From: a virus
Lineage: Duplodnaviria > Caudoviricetes
Strand: one strand, 5' to 3'
Length of the DNA stretch: 24,197 bases
IMG/VR virus record: IMGVR_UViG_3300044645_000477
Coordinates: 1 to 24,197 of that record
Position numbers and translations under genes: made by a program. The notes under the pieces were generated by a model. The model saw only the letters and a program-made list of their open reading frames with translations. It made no database searches and had not been told where the DNA came from. This document shows, in pieces, positions 1 through 6,657 of this stretch. Every line of letters begins with the position of its first letter. Position 1 is the stretch's first letter.

Positions 1-123
1 ATGTTGCTCGTGCTTGTCGCAGCAGCAGGCAAAGAATTAATAGACGAAATACGCTACGGAGGATTTGACTACAAGGACTTGATTGCAACACTATTCGGTG
101 GATTATTTATTTACTTACTATGA
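1..123 (+). CDS. small membrane protein, probably 5'-truncated (..AAGKELIDEIRYGGFDYKDLIATLFGG..)
   Basis: Open frame 1 to TGA at 121-123; two hydrophobic stretches; stop overlaps the next ATG (ATGA at 120-123). Confidence 0.65.
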   Translation: MLLVLVAAAGKELIDEIRYGGFDYKDLIATLFGGLFIYLL

Positions 124-500
124 CATTTTCAAAATACGAGTTTGCTGACTGGGCAACAGCCAAAAAAGCAATAGAAAAGACTACCACCTCACTGGATGGC
201 ATCACCGAGACCACGTGGAATACGGAGCTTGTAGTGGCCGTAGTTGAGTTGGGACATATCTGTACCCAATGGGAAACAAACGAGCAAGGAGAGCGCATCT
301 GCGTAAGCGAGAACCCTAACTATGCCGTTGACATCTTATGGCAAAACGAACCGCTTGCCGCCTATGCTGATTCGGTGGTTTGGCCTGCGCCTTGTGGCAT
401 CCATATTTTTGCAGGATGGGAGGAAGTTTACGCCCAAGAATACTGCGCTGCCAACCCAGATGCCGCCTATTGCCAACCCCCTGCCCCGATTGAGGAATGA
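120..500 (+). CDS. hypothetical phage protein (possibly tail-fibre associated)
   Basis: 126-aa ORF with ATGA overlaps at both ends; acidic; lies just before the lysis genes. Confidence 0.75.
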   Translation: MTFSKYEFADWATAKKAIEKTTTSLDGITETTWNTELVVAVVELGHICTQWETNEQGERICVSENPNYAVDILWQNEPLAAYADSVVWPAPCGIHIFAGWEEVYAQEYCAANPDAAYCQPPAPIEE

Positions 501-658
501 AACACGATAGTACAAGCGCAGTAGCAACAAGCTGGTCTTTGGCCGTTGGTGGACTTACGATTGCCGAGGTACACCAGATTGCAGGAATGGTCGTAATGCT
601 AACCTCCTTCGTTTACACCTTGTGGCGTTGGAGTCGGGATATTAAGAATGATAGATAG
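497..658 (+). CDS. small membrane protein, putative holin/antiholin (53 aa, not in ORF track)
   Basis: Translated by hand: MKHDSTSAVATSWSLAVGGLTIAEVHQIAGMVVMLTSFVYTLWRWSRDIKNDR. Hydrophobic helix with a charged tail; ATGA coupling to the upstream gene. Confidence 0.7.
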   Translation: MKHDSTSAVATSWSLAVGGLTIAEVHQIAGMVVMLTSFVYTLWRWSRDIKNDR

Positions 659-890
659 AATTTTTAGAAACCCAAAGACAACCGTAATAGGGCTTATCTT
701 AATTTCGTTCGGGGGAATACTCGTTTGGTACGAGAAAGCGTCTCTAACGGAGTTTAGTGCGTTCCTGATGGGTGGATTTGCATTAATGATGAGCAGAGAT
801 GGCGAAGGAGCAACAGACAAAAAAAATAACCAAGGCAAAACCAAAACTCGGAAGACACACCAAAAGCCCGAACAAAGGGGTGACGAGTAA
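648..890 (+). CDS. putative holin (2 TM helices, basic C-terminal tail)
   Basis: NPKTTVIG followed by two hydrophobic segments and a charged C-terminus; upstream of the endolysin. Confidence 0.7.
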   Translation: MIDRIFRNPKTTVIGLILISFGGILVWYEKASLTEFSAFLMGGFALMMSRDGEGATDKKNNQGKTKTRKTHQKPEQRGDE

Positions 891-915
891 GAAGTACCGA
901 GGGCAGGGAAGATAA
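799..915 (+). CDS. small basic protein ending KKYRGQGR (38 aa, not in ORF track)
   Basis: Translated by hand: MAKEQQTKKITKAKPKLGRHTKSPNKGVTSKKYRGQGR. I recognise the C-terminal YRGQG motif from small phage proteins; overlaps the holin tail in another frame. Confidence 0.7.
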   Translation: MAKEQQTKKITKAKPKLGRHTKSPNKGVTSKKYRGQGR

Positions 916-1009
916 GGTACCATATAGGGGATAACTTGCTACCAAAAAGTGCGATATAAGACACGTTAACTCGGAACCAGTTAGAGTTACTGCATAAAAT
1001 TTATCAAAA

Positions 1010-1441
1010 ATGAAGCTATCTGAAAATTTCAGTTTGAGCGAGTTTACCGAGACCTCAACGGGTTTACCGAACAAGCCAAGCCAAGAAGCGATAACCAATT
1101 TGAAATACTTGGTACAATACGTCCTTCAACCAGCAAGAGACAAGTTCGGACCTATTGAAGTCACCAGCGGCTATCGCTCGCCTGCGGTTAATGCAGCAGT
1201 TGGGGGCGTAGGAGCAACAAGCGACCACCTATTCGGACGAGCAGCAGACATTCAGTGCGAGGATATGGCTTCTGTATTTGCCTACATACGCAAGCAGACG
1301 CATTTTAAGCAGCTCATCTGGGAGTTTGGTACAGATAGCCAGCCAGCGTGGATTCACGTAAGCTACGACGTTAACAACAACAAAGGAGAAGTATTAAAAG
1401 CAATTAAGAAAAATGGGAAAACCAAATATATCCAATTTTGA
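1010..1441 (+). CDS. endolysin, peptidase M15 family (Zn peptidase)
   Basis: LSENFSLSEF N-terminus, SGYRS, SDHLFGRAAD (H-x6-D) and WIHVS zinc-ligand motifs. Confidence 0.92.
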   Translation: MKLSENFSLSEFTETSTGLPNKPSQEAITNLKYLVQYVLQPARDKFGPIEVTSGYRSPAVNAAVGGVGATSDHLFGRAADIQCEDMASVFAYIRKQTHFKQLIWEFGTDSQPAWIHVSYDVNNNKGEVLKAIKKNGKTKYIQF

Positions 1442-1526
1442 AAGCTGGCTTAATGAACTCGAAGACGTACCCACACCCCCTGCTTGCTCTATTGATAATC
1501 CTGATTGTGAGTCTTGTTCTGGGTAG
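1413..1526 (+). CDS. acidic Cys-rich microprotein (37 aa) overprinted on the endolysin end and spanin signal peptide
   Basis: Translated by hand: MGKPNISNFESWLNELEDVPTPPACSIDNPDCESCSG; C-x6-C-x2-C motif; A-rich sequence before the ATG. Confidence 0.6.
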   Translation: MGKPNISNFESWLNELEDVPTPPACSIDNPDCESCSG

Positions 1527-1863
1527 TTGTTCCGCCGAATGGCATTTGCGTCAAGCCGTAAAGAAAGGAGCAAACGTCTGGCAAACGAAGTTTGATACCA
1601 CTATTGTAACCAAAGAGCGAAACCTTTGGGATACACTCACGCTAAAAGATATTGATACGGTAGTTGTCCAAAAGGATAATATACGCCTAAAAATTGTTAG
1701 GAACTTTGATACGGTGCGTGTTAAAGCAACGTGCCTACCTGACACCGTACAAGTGACTAAATACATAAAGACCTCCGTGACGGCTCCTAAAAGCCGCAAT
1801 TACGAAAAGTACCTGATGCTGTTTGCAGTTGGTATGATGATAATAGTGTTATTAAGGCGATAG
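1438..1863 (+). CDS. putative unimolecular spanin (lipoprotein); start may be ATG 1453
   Basis: Hydrophobic signal peptide with lipobox VLGS-C (Cys codon 1528), beta-rich DT(I/V) middle region, C-terminal TM helix ending RR; directly after the endolysin. Confidence 0.72.
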   Translation: MKAGLMNSKTYPHPLLALLIILIVSLVLGSCSAEWHLRQAVKKGANVWQTKFDTTIVTKERNLWDTLTLKDIDTVVVQKDNIRLKIVRNFDTVRVKATCLPDTVQVTKYIKTSVTAPKSRNYEKYLMLFAVGMMIIVLLRR

Positions 1864-1886
1864 AGGTACTTTATATGCGTTCTAAT

Positions 1887-1937
1887 ACACTTTCTACCAA
1901 AAGTGGTACATTGATATGCTTTGACATATAAAAGTGT
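1887..1937. other. predicted three-way-junction secondary structure
   Basis: ACACTTT(1887-93)/AAAGTGT(1931-37) closes two hairpins: TACCA-aaag-TGGTA (1895-1908) and ATATG-ctttga-CATAT (1914-1929). Confidence 0.45.
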
Positions 1938-1970
1938 CTTAAATCAAAGATTTTCTTTTATTTTTAATTT

Positions 1971-2097
1971 TAGTCAAGTTTTAACTTTACTTACTAGTTA
2001 AGTTAGTTATTAGTTAAGTAAGTTAACTAACTAGTAAGTTAACTAACTAGTTGTAAAAAATAAGCATTAGGAGCATACCTCCGACAAGTGTTAATAA
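1971..2097. repeat. AT-rich TAA/TAG-word repeat region, candidate replication origin
   Basis: Perfect tandem 16-mer TAAGTTAACTAACTAG x2 (2019-2050), palindromes AGTTAACT and ACTAGT, and related TAGTTAAGT words upstream. Non-coding boundary between lysis and early genes. The repeat is seen directly; origin function is inferred. Confidence 0.6.
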
Positions 2098-2140
2098 CTT
2101 TTTTGTTTTCAACACTGCAACAACCTAAACAATCCTGCGT

Positions 2141-2148
2141 TAGGTTTG
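2141..2148 (+). promoter_or_regulatory. Bacteroidota-type -7 promoter element, probably giving a leaderless transcript
   Basis: TAGGTTTG matches TAnnTTTG and lies 4 nt before ATG 2153; no clear -33 TTG. Confidence 0.5.
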
Positions 2149-2152
2149 CAAT

Positions 2153-2341
2153 ATGGGAACAGATAGAAACACCAAGCGAATGAAATACTTTGCTATCGAG
2201 GAGGGTCGTTTGAAGAACGACTACACCAACGCCTTCTTGAATCATTTTGGATTTTGCGACTACAACCTATCTATTGACGAAGCAAGAGACATACGCAAAT
2301 ACAACACCTTCGAGCAAGGCGTAAAGCACTTTGACAAATGA
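2153..2341 (+). CDS. hypothetical protein
   Basis: 62-aa ORF after the promoter; ATGA overlap with the next gene. Confidence 0.65.
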   Translation: MGTDRNTKRMKYFAIEEGRLKNDYTNAFLNHFGFCDYNLSIDEARDIRKYNTFEQGVKHFDK

Positions 2342-2613
2342 GCGCACCTAAATACTACATAGGCAAGTACAAGGGCATCGAAGCGATGGACGTGGTACTG
2401 GACTTCCAAGAGGATAATTACAACCTCGGAGTTGCAATCGCCTATTTGCTCCGTGCGGGCAAGAAGCAAGACAACCCGATAGAGCAAGATATTGAGAAAG
2501 CAATAATCCACTTACAACGTGAACTTAAACACCGAAATGCCATACTACAACAATCCACAAGTAAAGAGCCAGATAGATTTGATACTGGCGGACATTGCGA
2601 ATCTTTTCGCTAA
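2338..2613 (+). CDS. DUF3310 (SaV-like) protein
   Basis: PKYY..GIEAMDVV..YNLGVAIAYLLRAGKK..DIEKAI pattern. Confidence 0.8.
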   Translation: MSAPKYYIGKYKGIEAMDVVLDFQEDNYNLGVAIAYLLRAGKKQDNPIEQDIEKAIIHLQRELKHRNAILQQSTSKEPDRFDTGGHCESFR

Positions 2614-2722
2614 TTGTAATGACAAAACAAGAAGCCAAGCCAAAGAGCAAGAGAAAGTCCTGCTCGGACGCATCCACCAGCTCGACCCCGCCTTTGCGGC
2701 TCGCTGCGGATACAAGGATTGA
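2537..2722 (+). CDS. hypothetical protein
   Basis: ATG 2537 (MPYYNNPQVKSQID..); helical, protein-like sequence overlapping both neighbours. Confidence 0.6.
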   Translation: MPYYNNPQVKSQIDLILADIANLFANCNDKTRSQAKEQEKVLLGRIHQLDPAFAARCGYKD

Positions 2723-3068
2723 GGTTACGCTTGGCAAGGTTCCTTCGCTAAACCAGTTCTACTCGTCAAAGCATTGGATTGTACGCAAGAAGGCCAAGGA
2801 TAAGTTTGTTGCCGAGGTTCTTGCTCAATTAGCAAAATACGATAAATTCAAATTTAGTTCACTTATAGTAAACTTGGAACATAACTACGGCTACGATAAC
2901 GACAACTGTATTATGGCTATTAAGTTCGCCTTGGATGGTTTGCGTAAGCACGGAGGCGTACAGGACGACACGGCTCGGTTTGTTACAAAAGTTTCCATAT
3001 TTAGAAACTCCGAAATAGAAAAGAATACTGGCAAAGTAATTTTTTTTGGTGAATGTTTGTGGTATTGA
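2694..3068 (+). CDS. RusA-like Holliday junction resolvase (start uncertain: 2595, 2619 or 2694)
   Basis: PSLN N-terminal motif, D-x-DN (YDNDN), K..LDGL and a terminal DD typical of the RusA family. Confidence 0.75.
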   Translation: MRLAADTRIEVTLGKVPSLNQFYSSKHWIVRKKAKDKFVAEVLAQLAKYDKFKFSSLIVNLEHNYGYDNDNCIMAIKFALDGLRKHGGVQDDTARFVTKVSIFRNSEIEKNTGKVIFFGECLWY

Positions 3069-3085
3069 TTTTTTACATATCTTTG
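3056..3085 (+). promoter_or_regulatory. Bacteroidota sigma-A type promoter
   Basis: TTTG (3056-59), 18-nt spacer containing GTATTGA, then TATCTTTG (3078-85). Confidence 0.75.
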
Positions 3086-3110
3086 AACCATTAACCAACA
3101 CACTCACTTT

Positions 3111-3272
3111 ATGGAATACACCTTCCGAACGAATTGGTCTCAAGATGGGGCCGCACAAATGGTGGAATTTCTGCAACACCGCATCGAGGCACTTGCCTCA
3201 CGCAACGAGTTCCTCGAAGCAGAAAACGAAGTATTAAAACGAACCTTAATTAACGAATTGCAAAATGGCTAA
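3111..3272 (+). CDS. small coiled-coil protein (53 aa, not in ORF track)
   Basis: Translated by hand: MEYTFRTNWSQDGAAQMVEFLQHRIEALASRNEFLEAENEVLKRTLINELQNG; first ATG after the promoter; overlaps the next start. Confidence 0.75.
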   Translation: MEYTFRTNWSQDGAAQMVEFLQHRIEALASRNEFLEAENEVLKRTLINELQNG

Positions 3273-3708
3273 AATCACCAGCATCACCCCAACAGGACAG
3301 TGGAACGAGTTTTTCAAGTTTGAAGTACGCTTCGACGATGGCGACTTCGGAACGACTTTCGCAAAGTCCACAACTCCCCCTTACGCAGTAGGTGACGACG
3401 TTACCTACACCAAGAACGAGAAGGGAACCATCAAGATTCAAAAAGCAGGATTCCAAAACAACTACACCGCTCCGTTTGCAAAGAGCGCAGCGGGTAACGA
3501 CGACCGTGGTAAGTCCATTATTCGTCAAGTAGCTTTGAAGTCTGCGGTTGAAATGTCTGCTGCCTACGTTTCACAAGGAGCAACGATTCCAGTAGATAAG
3601 ATTTTTGAGCTTGCCGATAAGTTTAACGCTTGGATGCTCAACGAGCAGAAGGGCGCAAGCCACGAGGAACACTTCGCTCCACGTGTAGAAGAAAGCAGTC
3701 CTTTTTAG
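3265..3708 (+). CDS. putative single-stranded DNA-binding protein
   Basis: OB-fold-like beta N-terminus, IIRQVALKSA helix, acidic tail ending SPF; upstream of the helicase. Confidence 0.65.
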   Translation: MAKITSITPTGQWNEFFKFEVRFDDGDFGTTFAKSTTPPYAVGDDVTYTKNEKGTIKIQKAGFQNNYTAPFAKSAAGNDDRGKSIIRQVALKSAVEMSAAYVSQGATIPVDKIFELADKFNAWMLNEQKGASHEEHFAPRVEESSPF

Positions 3709-3732
3709 TGTGTGTGTTTTTTAGGACTGCTG

Positions 3733-3758
3733 GCCCCTCTTCGGAGGGGCTTTTTTTT
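3733..3758 (+). terminator. intrinsic terminator
   Basis: GCCCCTC-ttcg-GAGGGGC followed by T8. Confidence 0.92.
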
Positions 3759-3772
3759 GCTTTGAGTTTTTT

Positions 3773-3796
3773 GTATTGATATTTTGTTTACTTTTG
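3773..3796 (+). promoter_or_regulatory. Bacteroidota-type promoter for the helicase operon
   Basis: GTATTGA (3773-79), 9 nt, then TACTTTTG (3789-96), just after a terminator; -33 spacing is non-canonical. Confidence 0.65.
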
Positions 3797-3810
3797 ACCA
3801 AACACACAGA

Positions 3811-4752
3811 ATGAGACACCCAGACATCCTAACCAACGAAGCGGTACTGCCGTTTCTGGAACGAGCAAGGGCGGGCAAGTATTTCGATACTGGCAAGCTC
3901 GGCAATCCCAAGATAGACGAATACCTACGTTTCAAAGACGGGGAGTTTATCGTTGTAACTGGCCACGCCAACGTGGGTAAGACGCATACGCTTATTTACC
4001 TTATGCTTATGCAATCCCAGAACTACGAGAAGAAGTGGTTGGTCTATTCAGCAGAAAACGAGGTACACTCACTCAAAAGAAAAATGATTGAGTTTCTTGC
4101 TTGCGCCCCGATTCAACAGATACCAGAACACGTAATGTATCGCCACCTTGATTTTGTGAACGAATACTTTACTTTCATTGACGGAAACAAGTTGTACGAT
4201 GCCTTTGGCCTGTTGCGGGTTATGGAGGAAATCAAAGAGGAGTGGGATTATACTGGCGCACTTATTGACCCGTACAACTCACTATCTACCGACCAAAAGA
4301 AACTTGGGAAGACAGGAATGCACGAATACCACTACGAGGTGGCCTCGGCTATTCGGGTGTTCGCCCACAAGAACAACGTAACAACAGTCGTAAACACACA
4401 CCCAGTAACCGAAGCAATGCGTAGAACCTTTCCGCAGGGCCATCAATACGCAGGGCTTCCAATGCCCCCAATGACTTCGGACATCGAAGGAGGCGGCAAG
4501 TGGGGCAACCGTGCCGACTGTGTACTGGTGGTTCACCGAATGGCCCAACACCCGACCGACTGGTTATTTACCGAGCTACACGTGAGAAAAACAAAGGAAA
4601 TGGAAACAGGCGGACGACCTACTCCGCTGGGTGACCCAATCCGAATGGAATCTATCCGAGGAAATGTTGGATTTAAGATAGACGGATATAACTTGCTGGA
4701 CGCTCCGACACCTGTACAAATTACCTTAAATGACACCGATGCACCATTCTGA
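3811..4752 (+). CDS. SF4 (DnaB/T7 gp4-like) replicative helicase
   Basis: Walker A GHANVGKT, catalytic SAE, Walker B LIDPYN, HP motif, DIEGG..W.NRAD; ATG 3811 follows the promoter. Confidence 0.88.
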   Translation: MRHPDILTNEAVLPFLERARAGKYFDTGKLGNPKIDEYLRFKDGEFIVVTGHANVGKTHTLIYLMLMQSQNYEKKWLVYSAENEVHSLKRKMIEFLACAPIQQIPEHVMYRHLDFVNEYFTFIDGNKLYDAFGLLRVMEEIKEEWDYTGALIDPYNSLSTDQKKLGKTGMHEYHYEVASAIRVFAHKNNVTTVVNTHPVTEAMRRTFPQGHQYAGLPMPPMTSDIEGGGKWGNRADCVLVVHRMAQHPTDWLFTELHVRKTKEMETGGRPTPLGDPIRMESIRGNVGFKIDGYNLLDAPTPVQITLNDTDAPF

Positions 4753-5050
4753 AGACGCTTGGGAAATTCACGTTAGGGACAAGATTCTCCGTGTGAATGA
4801 CGCTATCTTGTGGATTAATCAAGTAGCGGTAGATAACCCGAAAGAGACGGTAATTGTTGACCACCTTCTTTCCTTATGGAAGGCAACGCAAATGCTCGAG
4901 GATATGGTTGACCTTAAAAGGACGTTAGACGTAAAGGTACTCGAAGCCCGCTTGGACAACTCTAAATTGCGCTACGACCTAAACCAGTCGCTTGTACAAC
5001 TTGACCAAGCAAAAGCCGAAATCTTAAAACTTCAAGAGCAGCTTATATGA
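4730..5050 (+). CDS. hypothetical coiled-coil protein
   Basis: 106-aa ORF with a heptad-like C-terminus; coupled to neighbours. Confidence 0.7.
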   Translation: MTPMHHSEDAWEIHVRDKILRVNDAILWINQVAVDNPKETVIVDHLLSLWKATQMLEDMVDLKRTLDVKVLEARLDNSKLRYDLNQSLVQLDQAKAEILKLQEQLI

Positions 5051-5268
5051 GAAACGATTTTATCCCCCTGCCGTTTGACATTGACGAAATCTTTGAAATA
5101 GACCAGAAGCGTTTTGTTGTCCTTGACTACCGCAGAGCAAGCAACTGGAAGGACTGGGGAGCGTGGATGCTTATACAAGACGAACAAGGCAAGACCTACA
5201 ACGTGCCACTCCTTCACGTACTAACGCAACGCCAGATGGGCAAGGCACAATACCGAGGCAAAAGGTGA
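5047..5268 (+). CDS. hypothetical protein
   Basis: 73-aa ORF with ATGA and GTGA overlaps. Confidence 0.7.
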   Translation: MRNDFIPLPFDIDEIFEIDQKRFVVLDYRRASNWKDWGAWMLIQDEQGKTYNVPLLHVLTQRQMGKAQYRGKR

Positions 5269-5654
5269 ACTACAAAACATTCTGCGACTACATTCAGTAC
5301 AAAGACGATGGAAGCCGTAAGGCAAGAAACGTAGTAGTTCGCTCGGCGTATTGCAAGGCGTTCCGACCTATGTACACCTTAACGGAGCTTGGGTTCCAAT
5401 TAGGCAAAGACCACTCGACCGTAATTCACTACGAGAAGTTGCAATACAGGCGCAACGCTTTTTATGAATCGGCATTGAAGTCGGCCTTGCATATTCGAGG
5501 TGAATTGCCAAAGCAAGAAACGCCCGAAGAAAAAACGGTAACCAATGTGCTTAATTATGATTATTTGGTTAAAGAGAATGCAGAATTGAAGCAACAGATA
5601 ACGTATCTAAAAGCCAAGCTGCAACAAATAAACCAGATAACAAATGAATTTTAA
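5265..5654 (+). CDS. DnaA domain IV-like helix-turn-helix protein with coiled-coil tail
   Basis: SRKARNVVVR..TLTELGFQLGKDHSTVIHY resembles the DnaA C-terminal signature (IG..F.RDHTTV.H); GTG 5265 overlaps the upstream stop. Confidence 0.78.
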   Translation: MNYKTFCDYIQYKDDGSRKARNVVVRSAYCKAFRPMYTLTELGFQLGKDHSTVIHYEKLQYRRNAFYESALKSALHIRGELPKQETPEEKTVTNVLNYDYLVKENAELKQQITYLKAKLQQINQITNEF

Positions 5655-5799
5655 TATCGGATTCTACCCAATTTACGGAGTTTTACTTGGCTTCAACTGG
5701 TCTAAAGTAGAACTGGACGACATCGAAGTTCATCAGATACAGATACCCTTACTTATCTTTATCCTCGAAATCGAATGGGAGAACTACTTGAACGATTAG
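5644..5799 (+). CDS. hypothetical protein (51 aa, not in ORF track)
   Basis: Translated by hand: MNFNIGFYPIYGVLLGFNWSKVELDDIEVHQIQIPLLIFILEIEWENYLND; fills the gap between two genes exactly. Confidence 0.7.
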   Translation: MNFNIGFYPIYGVLLGFNWSKVELDDIEVHQIQIPLLIFILEIEWENYLND

Positions 5800-6302
5800 C
5801 AGAACGCCACGCCGACTGGATTCGGATGGCTAAAAGTTTTGGTGCGGACTATGATACCGCCCAAGACCTCGTTCAAGATATGTACATAAGATTGTACACG
5901 TATGTAAAGGACTTTGAGAAGATTCGATATGGAGAAGAACCCAACACGTTTTTCGTTTATATTACACTTCGGAATCTTTACTTGCGCCAGCAGCAACAGG
6001 CGGCTAAATTCGTATCTATTGAAGAGTTCGACGATATAGACGAAATGCACGACCTCGATTCTGACTTGGCCTTTACGGAATTAGCCGAAGCAGTAAAGGT
6101 CGAGATAGCAAAATGGGACTGGTACGATAACAAGCTGTTTGTTCTGTATCACGATTCTAACGTATCAATGCGCAAGTTGTCTAACGACACCAAAATAAGT
6201 TTACGTTCAATTTATCATACTTTGAAAAATGGCAGAGAACGAATTAAAAGCAACTGCGAAGCCGAGTACCAAACGTGGTCGAAAGCCAAAAGGTCTCGGT
6301 GA
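5775..6302 (+). CDS. RNA polymerase sigma factor, ECF/sigma-70-like
   Basis: Region-2-like AQDLVQDMYIRL..FVYITLRNLYL and region-4-like HTH SMRKLSNDTKISLRSIYHTL. Confidence 0.82.
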   Translation: MGELLERLAERHADWIRMAKSFGADYDTAQDLVQDMYIRLYTYVKDFEKIRYGEEPNTFFVYITLRNLYLRQQQQAAKFVSIEEFDDIDEMHDLDSDLAFTELAEAVKVEIAKWDWYDNKLFVLYHDSNVSMRKLSNDTKISLRSIYHTLKNGRERIKSNCEAEYQTWSKAKRSR

Positions 6303-6657
6303 CCGCATCGAGCAGTTTACGGAGGCAGCTGGCATTAAGGCGGTAGTTGATTGGTTTAGCGATGCTACTGGCGTGGACTGCGGATGCGAAGCCCGCAAGG
6401 AGAAGCTCAACAGATTATTCCCAAGCAAGAATCCTAAATGCTTGGAGCAGAAGGAATACGAATGGCTTACCGAGTTCTATGCACGGTACAAGTCCTCAAT
6501 GAGTTCACAAGACCAGAAGCAAATCGCAAAGATTCACGCCCGCATTTTTAACCACGCCTACCATATTCCCTGCGGTTGCAATCCTAAACTTTGGAAGCAA
6601 TGGATTGAGGAATTGCGTAGCGTACATTCCGAGTATGACGGAACGGCAGCTGTTTGA
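6229..6657 (+). CDS. conserved-looking phage protein with CGC motifs (possible metal binding)
   Basis: KGLGDRIE..GIK..DCGCEARKEKLN and PCGC motifs. Confidence 0.75.
   Translation: MAENELKATAKPSTKRGRKPKGLGDRIEQFTEAAGIKAVVDWFSDATGVDCGCEARKEKLNRLFPSKNPKCLEQKEYEWLTEFYARYKSSMSSQDQKQIAKIHARIFNHAYHIPCGCNPKLWKQWIEELRSVHSEYDGTAAV

Noticed and set aside
1887-1937. Hammerhead ribozyme on the minus strand
   Set aside because: The three-stem topology and a GAAA are present, but the required CUGANGA core is replaced by CAAUG.
2019-2050. CRISPR or mini-array
   Set aside because: Two adjacent 16-mers with no spacers and no cas genes.
4392-4401. AAACACACAC inside the helicase gene as a further antisense target
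   Set aside because: Explained by the conserved N-T-H-P codons and not near a start codon, though pairing cannot be excluded.
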